The translations under genes were made by a program, and so were the position numbers. The notes under the pieces were generated by a model. That model saw only the letters and a list, made by a program, of their open reading frames with translations, had not been told where the DNA came from and did not search any database. From the NCBI RefSeq assembly GCF_037042905.1, contig NC_087263.1, forward strand, positions 9,240,001 through 9,300,000: a stretch of 60,000 nt of DNA. The letters are read 5' to 3'. Positions 39,048 to 53,585 of the stretch are shown one piece after another; the first letter of the stretch is position 1; the number at the start of each line of letters is the position of its first letter. The stretch is from Lytechinus pictus (Eukaryota).

Positions 39048-40714
39048 GACCACTGATCGATTTGGATATTAAGGCGAGACTGGCACCAGAAAAATATAGA
39101 CCAATCATGGACAAAATGTCTGGGAAAACTTTCAAATAAAACGTTTGAATGTAGTATGAGGCTGAGTGATGATAGGCGGTACTGCTACTAGGTTTGAACA
39201 ACAGGTACACTGGAAACCCTAGATGTATACATGTATGATGGGGTGACCATACTTTGCACACATTTTTAAACTTATCATGAAGCTGATTTTCAATCAAAAG
39301 TTTTTCAGTTCACACAAAATTAATCAAAATCATAAATACCAGACAGAAGGCAAGATCCCAAAGTCAAATTCGCCTGACGGAATTATAAAGTAGGTCAAGG
39401 GTTTCGCTCGTATCGCGATCTCAAAATTCCATGGCAATCGACTACATGTAGTGCACGCTTTGCTGAAAAAGCATCATAAAAAAGTGTGACCTTAATTTGC
39501 ACACGATCGTTTTACAAAGCTTTAGAAAAAAAATCGAGCAGACAAAGGTAAATTAATTACATCAGATGGAGGTTAAAATGCCATAAATTCTTTTGGATCA
39601 CATTTTACTTACTTATTTGGAGACTGGCGATTTCTTGATGCTTATCGAGAAGATCGGATTTTCTCGGAGCAGACGCAAAAGGTAACAAAATTCGCCAATG
39701 TTTTGCCAACATTTTTATAATTTGATACCTTACCTTCAAGAAAATTATCATACTGAGTAATTTGGGGTCGCTTTTTCTGTTGGTGATATCAGTTTTTCAA
39801 GATATTAATTAGATAAAGAGATATTCGATTGTGCGCAAAATTAGGTAACGCAGAAATTAAGGTCACACCACCATACAAGTAGGAAGTAGATGAACGGTAG
39901 GCATCCACCTAATCCCAACTGTCATCGCCTCCTGAATCCATCTAAACTCTGAAATGATCTCATTATGATTCCCTCATATTCACCCTGGATCCATAGTGCA
40001 AACTACCGATGTACACGGAGGATTCAGCCAAGCGATTTCTCAGATGCACGATCATCTTTAATAGTCTGTTGTGTAAGCCCTTCACTCAATTTAAAGGTCT
40101 GAATACGTAGCCTACAATGACTTGCGTAAAAAAGGCCATAAGTGTTACAGTTATATTTGTGCTAGTCTTTGTGTGAAGACCCACTTGTAAATTCACATTT
40201 CAATCAGGGTTTAAGTGCAGGCACAGATCCGTCCAGATTAGACAAAATAGTTTTTGAGAGGCCGACAATTGTGCAAAAACAACATGGCCCCTTAAATGGT
40301 ATTGTGTCTTTATTTATTAATAAATCAAGCTGGATCCACACCTGGGTTTGTGCCTGCAGACTACCATCATCCTTGGGCTCGAAACAAAATCATCCTTGGG
40401 CAGGGTTGGGCTTGAAATGGTTGGACACACTAGATACGCATCATATCATACAACCTTGGTTCCAAAAGATGATACATCCATCTTCATTTATTAAAAACAA
40501 GTACATTTGTAAATGAAAGTGTTTCACTCATGCAGCAAATAGTCAGTGGTTTTCACCAACTAATTTGTTTTGAGCCAATCAGATGCAAGGATTTCAGTAG
40601 CCAATAAAATAAATAAAGCAACAAAAAAATGTCCTTACAAGGATCCTTCCATGCAACCAGAACCCTCCAACACAAAGCTTTGCGATGGATAGCAAATATG
40701 AGAAAACACTTCTG

Positions 40715-41000
40715 ATAATATTAATAATAAATTGGTACTTATATAGCGCATAATCAAATGAAATTGCTCTATGCGCTTTGTACAAATTGCTCTCCAATAT
40801 TACAATTACACTACAACAAAAATAAAAATGTTTTCAAATTTCTTTTAAAAGATTCAACAGAAGTACATGATCGAAGGTGAATAGGTATAAAACTATTCCA
40901 TAATTTGGAACCGCAAAAATCAAAACTAGCTTCCCCCCTTTTGAAACAACTCTAGGAATGTGTAAAATTGTAGTGTCTTCACTAGAACGAAGTCTATAAT
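40715..41000 (-). mobile_element. 3' fragment of an L2/CR1-clade LINE (ORF2 C-terminus and tail)
   Basis: Minus-strand translation YRLRSSEDTTILHIPR.../GEASFDFCGSKLWNSFIPIHLRSCTSVESFKRNLKTFLF (one frameshift), then AGCGCATA..TATGCGCTATATAAG stem and AT-rich tail. Confidence 0.8.
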
Positions 41001-41990
41001 GTGGCCGGTGTGGTTGGTTCCTGGTCGGTATGCGTAATATTGATCTAGATTGGTCAGTTCATTTAGCGATTGATCGCTAATCTTTGTGTTACGGAACCCA
41101 GCCCATGTATGATGGGATTATTACCAAGGTCCTACAAAAATGATTCTTGTATTCCTGCAGAAACACTAGTACAAAGTACATGTACATGTAGAAATACAAA
41201 AATCCTTGAATAACGTCTGAAATCGTATTTGATACACAGATACATGTACAATGTAGAACACGCAATAAGTACAGGCCTTTATAATATTATAATCAACCCC
41301 AGCTTCCAAGCGGGCAATTTGTAAGTATGAAAGGGTTTACCATGTAAACATGTCAGGCAGGGGAGCTGTATCTCTTCATCAAACACTGTCGTTGTCAGGC
41401 AATGCATGATGGGAATGGTAGATGAGGCAGGTGCGCATAGCAATGGGTGAATGCCGAGCCTGGAGCTTCATGTTACAAGACACTCACATTCCTCGCAAAG
41501 GTCCTCCATAATTAAAGGTATTCCTGAATCTCCTTTTCAAGTCAAGAATTACATGTATACTCTGCAGCACATACATGTGTACGCTCCCAAAATATATGTG
41601 TAATTCCTTATTGGTTGCAATTCTCTTTAAAAAATTTCACATTCAATTAGTAACAATTACTCCTACATGTACAAACATTACAAAGTAGGCCTACATTTTG
41701 TGTTTAAATGTTGTACATGTATCCATACATACGTACATGTAGTAATATGGTACATGTACATGTATTCTAATTATTGTTTTCCTATAAAACAACTCATCCA
41801 TTATTTTTCAAGTTTAACTGACATGGCTTGTATACAGTCCAAGTTTACCTCTTCTTCTTGGATCAAACTCACTGATCTGTATTTATAGTGGATGGGCTTG
41901 GAAAGATTGAGAAGCAATGTTTGAATTCATCCATATTTATTATAGCAACTTACATTATGATTCAAGACTCTTGCGTTTCCCTTGATTATT

Positions 41991-42611
41991 AGGGATGCTC
42001 CGGGCTGACGACATTTATATCTCAATAAAGGAGTAAAATTCACAGAGCAAAATGCCGACAATTTCATCAAAATGGGATAACAAATAACGAAGTTATTGAA
42101 TTTTAAAGACTTGCATTATTCCGGTGAGACATTTCTAGGCATGTCTCCATGAATATTCATTAGGTGGGCTGATGATGTCATATTCCCACACTTGTTCTTT
42201 TGTATTTGATTACGGTATATTAATTAGGTTTTCTACCAACAACTAAAACAATTAAATTGACAAGTGATTATTAGTGCAATAGTTATTTCTTGCTGCAACT
42301 TTAATATTTTATCATAATGAAACACATCATTTGCACATTTATGAAAAAATGAAACAATTACATGTACAATGTACATGTATGATTCCATGTAATAACATAA
42401 GAAAAGGGAGAGTGGGGATGTGACATCATCAGCCACCTAATGAATATTCATGAAGACATGCCTAGAAATGTGTCACCGGAATTATGCAAATCTTTGACAT
42501 TCAATAACTTTGATATGTGTTATCCGATTTTGATCAAATTTTTAACATTTCGCTCTGTAAATTTTACTCTATTTTATTGAGATATATATATATTCAGCCC
42601 GGACCATCCCT
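41991..42611. mobile_element. Kolobok-type foldback MITE (AGGGATGGTCC family)
   Basis: AGGGATGCTCCGGGCTGA ... TCAGCCCGGACCATCCCT|TTAA; homologous to 9643-10228. Confidence 0.85.
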
Positions 42612-42707
42612 TTAATTAAGATTAACAGACTCAAAGTACTGTAAAACCAGTGATTGTTCATAAATTACATGTATGTGTGACTGTCTACACTCTACTGAAT
42701 TCTACAG

Positions 42708-42949
42708 TACACTGTAAAAACTGTGGTGTTAAAACTGACACCAGTTGGTGTTAATAGAGGACCACACTCCGAGGTGTTAAAATTACACCCTAGAGATTGA
42801 ACATAACACCAAAGAGTGTAAATGTAACAACCAAAGGTGTTGTAATAACACCTATATAGGTGTTAAACAAACACCATCAATTTAACACCAGAGTAAATAA
42901 CTGGTGTGGTCCTCTATGAAGACCGGTTAACACCAGTTTTTGCTGTGTA
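42708..42949. mobile_element. MITE (TACACTGTAAAAA family) with GGTGTT/AACACC motifs
   Basis: Ends TACACTGTAAAAACTG / CAGTTTTTGCTGTGTA; relative at ~19225-19400. Confidence 0.65.
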
Positions 42950-43367
42950 GAAAAGGGCAAGCAGTTGGAACCATCAGCCATCAGGCCCCATCAACCCTGA
43001 ACACATTGCGGTATCATTCATATTGTCAATTTCTATTGCCAATTGATCATACTTTTCTCTCTTCAAAACATTCAGGCCTTGAATACAATGCAATCCTTCC
43101 TTCAAAACCCATTTATCTATATCCAAACAAACCTTCCTTTTCAATACCGTACCAAAGAGAATCGTGGAGCAATTGATGCTTGAAACTTAAAATAGAATAC
43201 ATCACGACCAGTTTACTGTACATGAGCATGGGCCCAATATTTCAGATCATATCCTTCATTCTTCGGAGAACATATTTCTGAGACCATACTTCCGAAAACA
43301 TCACAAGAAAATATGTGTGGCTACATGTAGTTATTATGTTGCTACAATACTAGCAACATTACTAGAA

Positions 43368-43790
43368 ATTCACACTGTTCTCAGTTCTCACATGGAAATA
43401 TAACTTTACATATTCACACTGTTTAAAGGGCAATATAACCAGGGAGTTGATATGTATACACATGTACATGTAACTGTACATTCAAACTGTTCTCGGTTAT
43501 CACAAGGTATTAAACAAAACTTCACATTCACACTGTTCACACAGGGCAATATAACTTTGCTTTCACACTGTTTAAAGGGCAATATAACCAGGGAGTTGAT
43601 ATACATGTAACTGTACATTCAAACTGTTCTCGGTTATCAGAGGGCAATAAAACTTTATATTCACACTGTTCACACACGGCAATATAACTTTGCGTTCACA
43701 CTGTTCAAAGGGTAATATAACTGGACAAGGCAATTAACTGAACATTCGCACTGTAAACAGGTAAATATAACTGTACATTCGCACCACATA
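43368..43790. repeat. Composite tandem repeat of TTCACACTGTT...GGCAATATAAC subunits
   Basis: About 30-35-bp subunits arranged in a higher-order ~150-bp duplication. Confidence 0.75.
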
Positions 43791-46700
43791 ACTGTTAACA
43801 GCCCCACTTCCTTTCACAAAACAAGGTCCTTGGTAAACAATGCTAAGGCTTAAGCTGGCTTGACTATTAGACCAATTTAAAGGACAAAAGACTAGCAGAG
43901 GTAATACAACAAACACCTATCTGCTCAGGACTACTTAAAGTAGTCTTGTATAGATCAGACCCAAATTCAAGGGTCCATGCTGTAGCAAGAATGTTTGTAT
44001 GGTTGCAGGATGGAGTCATGACCGAGGCTTATGAGGCCATTGAATAAAAACTTTGTTTGCAGTGACTCAACCATAGTACAAGGCCAGGGTCAAGGTCAAG
44101 GTCAAGACCAGCATCAGTACATGTAGGCTACATGTAGTTTACATGTACATGTACATGTAATATGCCAGTATGAACTCCCAAGTATGTTGTAGAGGGCATT
44201 TAATATATATATGTTCCTTTTACCCCACCAAAAAATACACTTGGAAGCATGTCATGATGTGCTGTCAATTATCTACCATCAGCAAATGAGATTCAAGGAT
44301 CTTGGTAGCATCAGGCAATTGTCACAGAAAACCAAGGAAAAAAATACAAGGGGCACAGGCAAATTCACCACCAAACGAGCCCTATGAAACTAAAAAAAAA
44401 TTAGCCCTGGAAATTCAAATTACCATAGAGTCCAAGGTAAAATGCAAAACATTGTAAGAAAATTTAGCCAGTGTCAGTGAGCTATTAAAAGAAGCAGCCA
44501 CTGAGAGTTTTTCCCATAATTTTAGCACAGGGTTCAACCATTTCCAACCAGACTTCAAAAAGGGATACTCTATGGAGTCCAAACTCCACTATGGTCTGAA
44601 AAGGAAGACTACCTAATCACCTTCAAGGAGGGATAAGGCTTAGCCAATTGTGCAGGGGCTTTTACCCCTTTCACACATCCTTCATACCCGCTGAAAAGGG
44701 TCGTTATGTAATCAAACAACCAACAAGCATTTTTTTTTGTACAATCAACATGTAAGCCTTCGGGTATTCAATGGTACTCGCACTTTGAGGTTTCCTCTCC
44801 TTCCAACAAGAGTGCAATAGCCCCCGACTAAAAAAATCATTGCCCATGAAAATAAAAATGACAGTATGTACTTTTTGAAACTATGATACATGCGCGTAAA
44901 AATTTAAAAATGCTCAAAGTCGCCTATGATTAGTTTGGGGCAAGTTGTGGAAATTTTACAGAAATTTTTCAAAACATTTGCACCCAAAATTTTCACAAGA
45001 TTTAAAAAACATCAACAATGGAATGTCTAGTAAAAAGTACCTGCTGTGAAGTCGCATAGCCTTGCGCAATTTTGAGGGAGCCAATTTCGGTGAAATCATC
45101 TGACATTTTTAAGGAATCTTTCAATGAAGTACGTTTAAAACGCATTGCATAGATGAATATGATTAACTGGCTTATCACGGCTACCGTAATTAAGTGCTCA
45201 AGCATTCGAGGAATTCCTTTCTACCAGGTGGTGAGTGGGAAATGTGAGGGTTGTGCATATTTCATGAATGTAGACAAGTCGAACAACAAGGAATTCTGAT
45301 GTGCATGTACTCCATGCCGCAGTCCATCCGTATACATGTACCTTTATATGTATGTTTTGCATAATGCTTAAAACATGTTTTCTGCATGATGGTGCCTCAG
45401 TTATATCATTCAATGCAGCCGCTGCTATTGATAATCAATTATTAAAGCTTTGTACAGTTTTAATCCACATAATCAGATCCAGTTTGGGGGGGGATTAGGA
45501 GTATCAATGCAAAGCTTCCGTAGACAACCCAAGTGTGAAGGGGAGACAAATACCTGGGCTTGCCTCTTGTCTAAAGATCCTAATAAAATATATACACAGG
45601 TACAATGACAAATCAATGGATGAGAGAGAAGTGCATCCCACATATTGATCTCTATAGTGCAAGTTAGAAAAAAATACAATTTTTAATTACCCTTGTTTAA
45701 AGCGGGGTATTAATTTTGTAATTATTTTTGCAGGTTTAGATGGAGTACTTCTTTCTGTTCTTTTGATACCAAATGGAATCCTGTTCCTATTTTTAAACAT
45801 GTCAACTCCAATAGGCCCCAGTATTCCATTTTCTAAATTGAGAATTTTTAGTTCTATGGTGTTCTAAGCAGCACATTCCAGACTTCTTTTAATAGTGGCA
45901 AGTACAAAATATATAATAAAGCAAAATTTTGTAATAGTGTAAATCATAAGAAAATGCAAGTTTCCCTGGAGATGAAGCTTGGCAAACACATGCTAAATAC
46001 TGCAAGTTTGATGGGCAGATTTTCCACTACAATGACTACATGTACATGTTTGTACAATCAGTACAGTTTTGTATTGCATTTTGCTTTTGTTATGATTTTT
46101 TTTTCGCAAATCAAATCATTCGAGCCTACATGTACATCAGTGACATGTATATGTCAAGTCAAGTTTTGATATTAAAACGTAAACCTTGTTTTATAGCAAA
46201 CCATGGGCAAGAAAAGAGCAAAGCAGATCACCTGTCCCTTTCACATTGCACCTTTCTCCACCCCAGTTCAACTCAGAAGATCTCAATATGAAAGGGGTAT
46301 TTAGGCCAGCCTAGGACAGGTCTGACCCAAGTCTTTCACACTGCCCTCAAGATCTGTGGCTGTTCAGAAAGCAGGGGAAAGAGTGATCACAAATAAAAAG
46401 AGCTAAAAAAAAAAGCTGAAGAGTGATGATGAAAGAAACTGATATTGAAAGAGCTCCCAAGTACATGTAGCTCCATGCATATACAGAGGAAAGCTGAAAT
46501 ATTAAAGGTGAAATTATTTAAAAGACGAAAGTGAGCTGAAATTAAGCTAACAATCGAAAGCAAAAATGCTGAATTCTCACAGCCCCTAAAAATTATAAAA
46601 TTCATATTTACATGTAGTTTAAAGTTTTTTCTGAAGGCCAGCCTGGATGGACTTAAATACATGTACATGTACATGTACCTCTGTGGCTGGTCAAACTTTA

Positions 46701-48776
46701 GGCCAACAAAATAATTTTTTACATCAAAGATGTATGTAGACAGTCCTACATTATTGGACCCTTTTGTATATCTCCATTGGTGTACAAATAAAGAACATAT
46801 GATGCTGTGCATACCAATGCTGGACGAACTAGTATAGCTGGAGTAATTTGTCTCCCCATTCAGTTTTGAGGCATCTCTCCCCACTGACATTTTTGATGGA
46901 GGAGCTTCGATTGGTTGTTATGGCAACGAGATGCCCCTACGGGCAGGGTATCACACTTTTCCCTTGCTTTCCCCCTCTCTATCTGTCTGTCTCTGTCTCT
47001 CTCTTTCTTTCCCAGTCTCTCTCTTTCTTTCCCTGTCTTTCTCTATCTCTCTCTGTGACATTATCAATCACCAGTCACCAAGCACCCTTTTATTGAATCC
47101 AAGTGAAGTAGATGGCAGCCCCCATACATGTACTTTACACCCTCTCCCATCAGCTACATGTACATGTATGTAATATCATCTATGGCCCGTAGCAAAAAGC
47201 TTTAATAATACTTCATCACTGAACATTTCTTTTATGATTGATTGCATTGACTACAATGTACAATTAATTGTGAAAATCAAGCGTACAATTAATCTAGAAA
47301 TCTTTGTGTTATGGGACGCTGAACAGGTTTCCTGCCACAAGACTGGAGAAAGGGCTATTTTTAGAGGTGGTTACATGTGTATGTATGATCTCAAAATGAG
47401 TTCAAACACATATTATGTTTGTATTAGAAGTGAGTTATTACACTTTATAGGGTTTTTACCAGTGACCATCAGTGATTTTTCAATGGAAACCAAATGCAAT
47501 ACAGGATAATAATCTACATGTAAATGTCACCAAGGACTGTACACATACATGTGTGAATAATATCAACCTCATATTAAAAGATAAATGCCAGTCGTGGTAA
47601 TGATTTCAAAATGAGTTTGTACAGAATCCAATAAAATGATAATGAACACCCAGGTTTCTGTATACACTGTATGCAGGATGTTAATAACATATGAGCCACA
47701 GGATTCTGGAAGTTATTGTGAAATTGATGAGAATTAGCAAAAAGAAGCAAAAAAATGTCAGGCCTTTTTCTATTTAAAAGCAATAAAAATGCACCGTCCC
47801 ACTTTGTATACATCTACAATCTACACTCCTCTATACAATGTTTATCATTTTCAGCTTTTCATGATTTTAAAATATGCCAGAACTAGATCTACATGTACAT
47901 ATAGGATGATACGGTGACAAATACCTTGGTTTTACAGACTTTCTAACAAAATCAGTGTTTACTGCAAGTACTTTCATTTGTCTTTTATATTAAACTTTCA
48001 CTGTGATATATTTGAAACCAACTACAGAGCACATGTACATGTATGTACATGTAGTACAAAGCAGGATATCTCAATTTTAAATCTATTGAACTGTTTTTTA
48101 TGGGCATGGTCATTTTTTGTCTGTTTGCTACTGTTGGTTCCCCAATTCACAAACATACTTTACATGTACAGCGTACAAATATGTACCTGTACTTGCTTCA
48201 TGTACAAAAAAACACAACACTCCCCTAACTAACTTCAATGTATAGTTTGTATACATATTTGTCGTCAGTTGTACATGTACAATGTTGGGCCTACATGTAT
48301 TTTGTAGGGCACCCTTTTGTGTACAATTATACGTATGCACATGCCGGCACAACCAATAGAGAAAAATAATCAATTTGATTGATCCCCTTTTGACGTTAAT
48401 TGGGTAGCAGAACTATAGGCCTGGATGCTGCTGAACCGTTTATAATCAGCCATTATTGTTTAATAATAAAAAAGAAGAAGAAAAGGGGATTAGAATTTAC
48501 AGTTTACATCCAACTTTTTTTTTGTGACGCACCACAGGCAAGCATCTGAATATTACAGAACTACATACAGTACAAGTGCTCATTAACACCTACATGTATT
48601 TACTTTAATATAAAGGTGTCACGAACACAATTCACACTCTTTACAATGTACAGTTTCTGAGCTCATTCATACAGCATTGAAAATCAAACCAAAATGTAGA
48701 CCTTATTCTACTACTTCTACTACATGTACATGTACAGTGTTCTACTATACTACAACATGTAGAAATTAATACTCCA

Positions 48777-48920
48777 GATGATGATGAGGATGATGATGAT
48801 GATGATGATGATGATAATGATGATAATAATATTAATAATGATAATAATAATAACAACAACAATAATAATAATCATAATAACAACAACAAATAATAATATT
48901 TAATAATATAATATTAAATA
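48777..48920. repeat. (GAT)n-(AAT/AAC)n microsatellite
   Basis: Direct reading of the sequence. Confidence 0.9.
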
Positions 48921-50859
48921 ATACTGCTACCTGGAAGGACTCTTCAAATGAACTACTAAACTCTGTGAATTAAAATGGCAGCTCGAGCTAAAGACTGGGG
49001 TAAAACTTTGTACATATGTACGTATCCTAAGATTACAAAATCCAGCTATTGTACAGTGTACATTTTATATCAATGTTATTCACAATTCATTATTACATAT
49101 AAAATTAATGTCCACGTACAATGGACATTGTATTGATTCTTATCAGGAGACATTGTGAGAATTCATATACCAGCATTAATAACGAATCCTGGCTTTGAAT
49201 GACAGCAGGGACAATTGAGATGTGATTAAATTATCGGATGAGGGAAAGATGAGGATGAGAAATATGCAATCTTGTGAATAAATATCTCATATTTTCACGG
49301 AGTCTATTTGTCCATCAGGAATTAATTTCTTTTGATTACTGTGCGTGCTTTGTGCAGATTCTGAAGATGTGTACACATGTACAGGTTTATTTCCAATTGG
49401 TTTAATGCCAATTCGTCCAATCACCAACTTGTCTATGTATTATCATGGACGTCAGCACAGAGGATTATCTTTCGTTCCGAGGTCTTTGGTTCCCCAGCCT
49501 TTAATACAACATATTCATTGCTAGAAAATTACATGGTTGGAAAGACCAAGAAAATTGCTTGACATTGGTATCTTTATTTTTAAACAGAGCTAAGGATCCG
49601 AGAAAATATGGCATAAGAGCTACATGCTTGTAATTTCGGTTTGAGCGGCTTAGATTTTCCCTGTACAAAAAGGCCAAAGGGAAAAGTGATACGACGCTTT
49701 GACTGACCGTGATTTCAATGCATGCGATCAATCAAAACGTTGTAAAGTCAATGCCGTGCCCAGTGCCGATACGACAGTTTGGCTGACCGCGGGCATTGAA
49801 ATCGCTGTCAGTCAAAACGTTGTATCGCTCTGTTACAGTACACGTTTCCAATGGGATTTGTGCATTTTATCAAAAATTTGTATGGCATCGCCGTGAAAAT
49901 ACTCTCATATCTCAGAAAATATTTTAAATTGCTGCCTAGAAATTTAGTAACATGTATGAATAGAGAAGAACTTGTATTTTCAGTTTCTGCAAAAATCTCA
50001 AAATCAATTTTTTTTTTTTTTTTTTTTTAAATAACCAAAATTGACTATCAATACAAATGCACAATGTCCTTAAAGAAAAAGAGAAGCATGTGCAAGGAAT
50101 TTTCAAGAAAATTATGAATGTACTACAAATATAGAATACATGTACATTTTGAACAAAATGTGCATTTTAGATGTTGGCATTGGTTATCCATACAGTAGTT
50201 GTGGTTAATCGGATAAATTGCACCTCTTTGTTAAAGACGGGGCCCAGAAACAAATTGTATCAGACGATGGACCTACATGTACATTGTACTAGTAGGTCCA
50301 TGATCACACAAAGCGCACTAATATTAAAGTGCTGTGATCATCAAGTCTCAACAAAAATGTTGCTAAACTTTTTCACACACCTGAAAAGGGCTTGAGAGAC
50401 TGGAGCAGTGTGAGTTGCTATAGACAACAACAAATTTGATGAGGTTGCTCTTTTTCATTATTCAACTTAAGTTAAAATCACAAAAAGTGTAGAAGATGGA
50501 TTTGAACTTTATCTCTCTCTCTCTCTCTCTGTACGTCTGTCACTCTCTTTCTCAATAACATACAGTACATACATATACATGTATTGTATACATATCTGTG
50601 ATCTTCTTGAGTCTCTAGAAAAAAGAACAATAGTTTGAAATACACACACTCTATTAAAGCATCAATGGACTTGTTGGCTTACAAATGACTTGATTGCAGT
50701 TTCATACATGTACTTTCTATTAAAACAATCAACCAACCGCATCATTTTCAAAAGCCTTGTTCATCACCCATGGCCATTGAAATGTGTGAACGTGACATTG
50801 ACTTTAATATTGCAAATGTACCCTACATTATACTGAAAAAGAGTATATTCATGTATTAA

Positions 50860-51252
50860 AGGTAATTTCCAGTTCTGGTAACGATCTCAAAATGACTTTT
50901 CCAGACTTTAATATAATGACCACCCAAGTGTCTGTTTGTATGAATAAAAAATATGTGCCAAAGGATTCTGAAAGAAATTGTGTAATTGCTGAGAAATAAG
51001 CAAAATAGGCGCGGATTCGGTCACTTCCGTCGGGTCTTTATTCTAGCAATAATAATACACTGTCCCACGTGTGCCTATCTGTGTTGGCGATCTTCAGTGT
51101 GAACATTTTTCAGCGTAGATTTCAAGATTTCACAAGGTTCAGTTTATGTAACTGTACCAGATCTAGATCCGAGATGATATACAGACAATTAAGCCTGGTT
51201 TTACAGACTTTCTCATGAAATCAGTGTTTACTGCAACTACTGGCATTTCTCT
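50860..51252 (-). mobile_element. TTAA-flanked element (AGCTAAATG family), copy 3, inverted
   Basis: Reverse complement of 17836/21393 copies; TTAA on both sides. Confidence 0.85.
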
Positions 51253-51367
51253 TTAACACTATGTTATTGTGCACACATTTGCGTGTTACATGTTCAAGCA
51301 GATTGCATATATCGGTACATGTATACATGTACATTATACGGCCCGATTACGAATGTTACACTATTAA

Positions 51368-51941
51368 AGGAAACCAAAACCCAAGAAGAGAAGTAATCTT
51401 ATTGGAAAGACTAAAATGAGAGGAACAATTTTTAAAAAGTTTCATCAAAATCGGTCACGAAATAAGCAAGTTATGGGAGTTTGAAAACTCTTGTTGTACT
51501 TTCTATGGGCATCCTCAAATTGGCAAACGTGCTTCAAAATGGCTGATTTTGTGGACAACTCTCCATTTGTTTTGTACACAAATTTTCAGATTTTCCTCAT
51601 TATCTTTCAAATTGCATCTTGCCTCCTTCTGAGCACAACATATGGGAAAATATAATCCACACCATATATGTCAAGGTCAGGAGGAGATAATGTGAAATAT
51701 GTAAAATAAAGGGGAAAATCTGAAAATATGTGTACAAAACAAATGGAGAGTTGTCCACAAAATCAGCCATTTTGAATCACGTTTGCCAATTTGAGGATCC
51801 ACATAGTAAGTACAACAAGACTTTTTAATCGTCCATAACTTGCTTATTTCATTATCGATTTTGATGAAACTTTTTTTTAATTGTTCCTCTCATTTTACTC
51901 TTTCCAATAAGATTGCTTCTCTTCTTGGGTTTTGGTTTCCT
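51368..51941. mobile_element. Kolobok-type foldback MITE with ~240-bp arms
   Basis: TTAA|AGGAAACCAAAACCCAAGAAGAG ... CTCTTCTTGGGTTTTGGTTTCCT|TTAA. Confidence 0.9.
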
Positions 51942-52302
51942 TTAAAAGTGGTGTTTATGACTGTGTTTTTTTTACAAGCACATAGCATTAGCCTACATGA
52001 CTAGTATGTCCATGTACATGTATGTACATTTAAACAATTACATGTACTAGGTGAACAAAAATGAACAAGGCAAGCTTTTTCATACAGTGCTGTAACTGAT
52101 GCTACTGTTGTATTGTACATGTATGTATAAAAGTTGTGGTATCCAAATGATACATACATGTGCATATGTACAGTACATGTACATTATGTATGTAATTTCG
52201 TCAATATAAGTAAGTCAATTTCCTAAAAATCATGGTTTATAAAGTTTTATCTAAAATGTAGGCCTGCCTACATGTAGGTCTACAGTGTGCATTGTAGTAT
52301 CC

Positions 52303-52361
52303 TCACCATCATCATCATAATCATCATCATTATCACCATCACCATCGTAATTAGGACTCGT

Positions 52362-52396
<35 letters not shown>

Positions 52397-52885
52397 CCAT
52401 CATCATAATCAACATCATCATCATCATTACCATCATCATCATCATCATCACCACCATCATCATCATCATCACCAACACCATCATCATCATCACCATCATC
52501 ATTACCCTTATCATCACCATCATCATAATCATCATCGTCATCATCAAAATCATCATCAAAATCATCATTGTCACTACCATCATCATCACCATCATCATCA
52601 TCACCACCATCAACACCACCATCATCATCCTCATCATCACCATCATCATCATCAGCATCATCATCATCATCAGCATCATCATCACCACCATCATCATCAC
52701 CATCATCACCATCACCATCATCATCATCACTTTTACATGTATCATTACCATCATCATTACCATTATCATCGCCATCATCACCATCATATTCATCATCAAA
52801 ATCATCAAAATCATCATCATCAAAATCATCATCATTATCACTACCATCATCACCACCATCAGCAGCAGCATCATTACCATCATCG
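52303..52885. repeat. (CAT)n compound microsatellite
   Basis: Direct reading of the sequence. Confidence 0.95.
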
Positions 52886-53384
52886 CTCACTATAGTATAT
52901 TATGTACATCGAGCCTACATGTACATGTGCACATGGGACCTACACATGTATACTCAAGCCTACTTTGTATAAAGTGATCTTGCAAAATCTTTGAATGTGC
53001 ATGCCTGTTTTTAGGGTTCGTTTCTAGGGCCAGACACACACCATATGGGTACACTCAGCTCTGTTATGGGTGTCCACTGTACACAACTTCACATCTGCGG
53101 CTTTCTCCATACTAAGTGTGTGAACTATTAGAGTAATGTATTTCACAAAGGTCAAGGGCATTCCGAATTAAAATATAATGAACTTTACCTGGCACAAATT
53201 AATAACATTAATGGAGGAAAAAACAATTGAGAAATAACAGCTGCGAGAATGCATACCTGCATCCCAAACAGGGCATGATACAGTATGCCTGACATTTAAA
53301 TTTGATCATCAATTATGTGTACATACGGTACGTCATGTGTATGAAATATATTTCCACTTCGGGTAAAAAAAAATTCATTTCAAT

Positions 53385-53585
53385 CAGAGGGGCATGGTTT
53401 CGGATCAAAGTCATGGCGCGTTATCCTTCAGCAAGAGATTAAAGCCACATTGTGCTGCACTCAACCCAGGTGAGGTGAATGAGTACCCAGTAGGATTATA
53501 AATTTTATTCCTTGAATTCACTGAGCGCTGGAAGACAGCTTGAGCTTTTATAAGCTGCCTCAGTGCACCATTGAATATATTTATT
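53385..53585 (+). mobile_element. 5'-degenerate tRNA-type SINE copy
   Basis: CCTTCAGCAAG...CACATTGTGCTGCACTCAACCCAGGTGAGGTGAATG shared with the other SINE copies. Confidence 0.7.
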
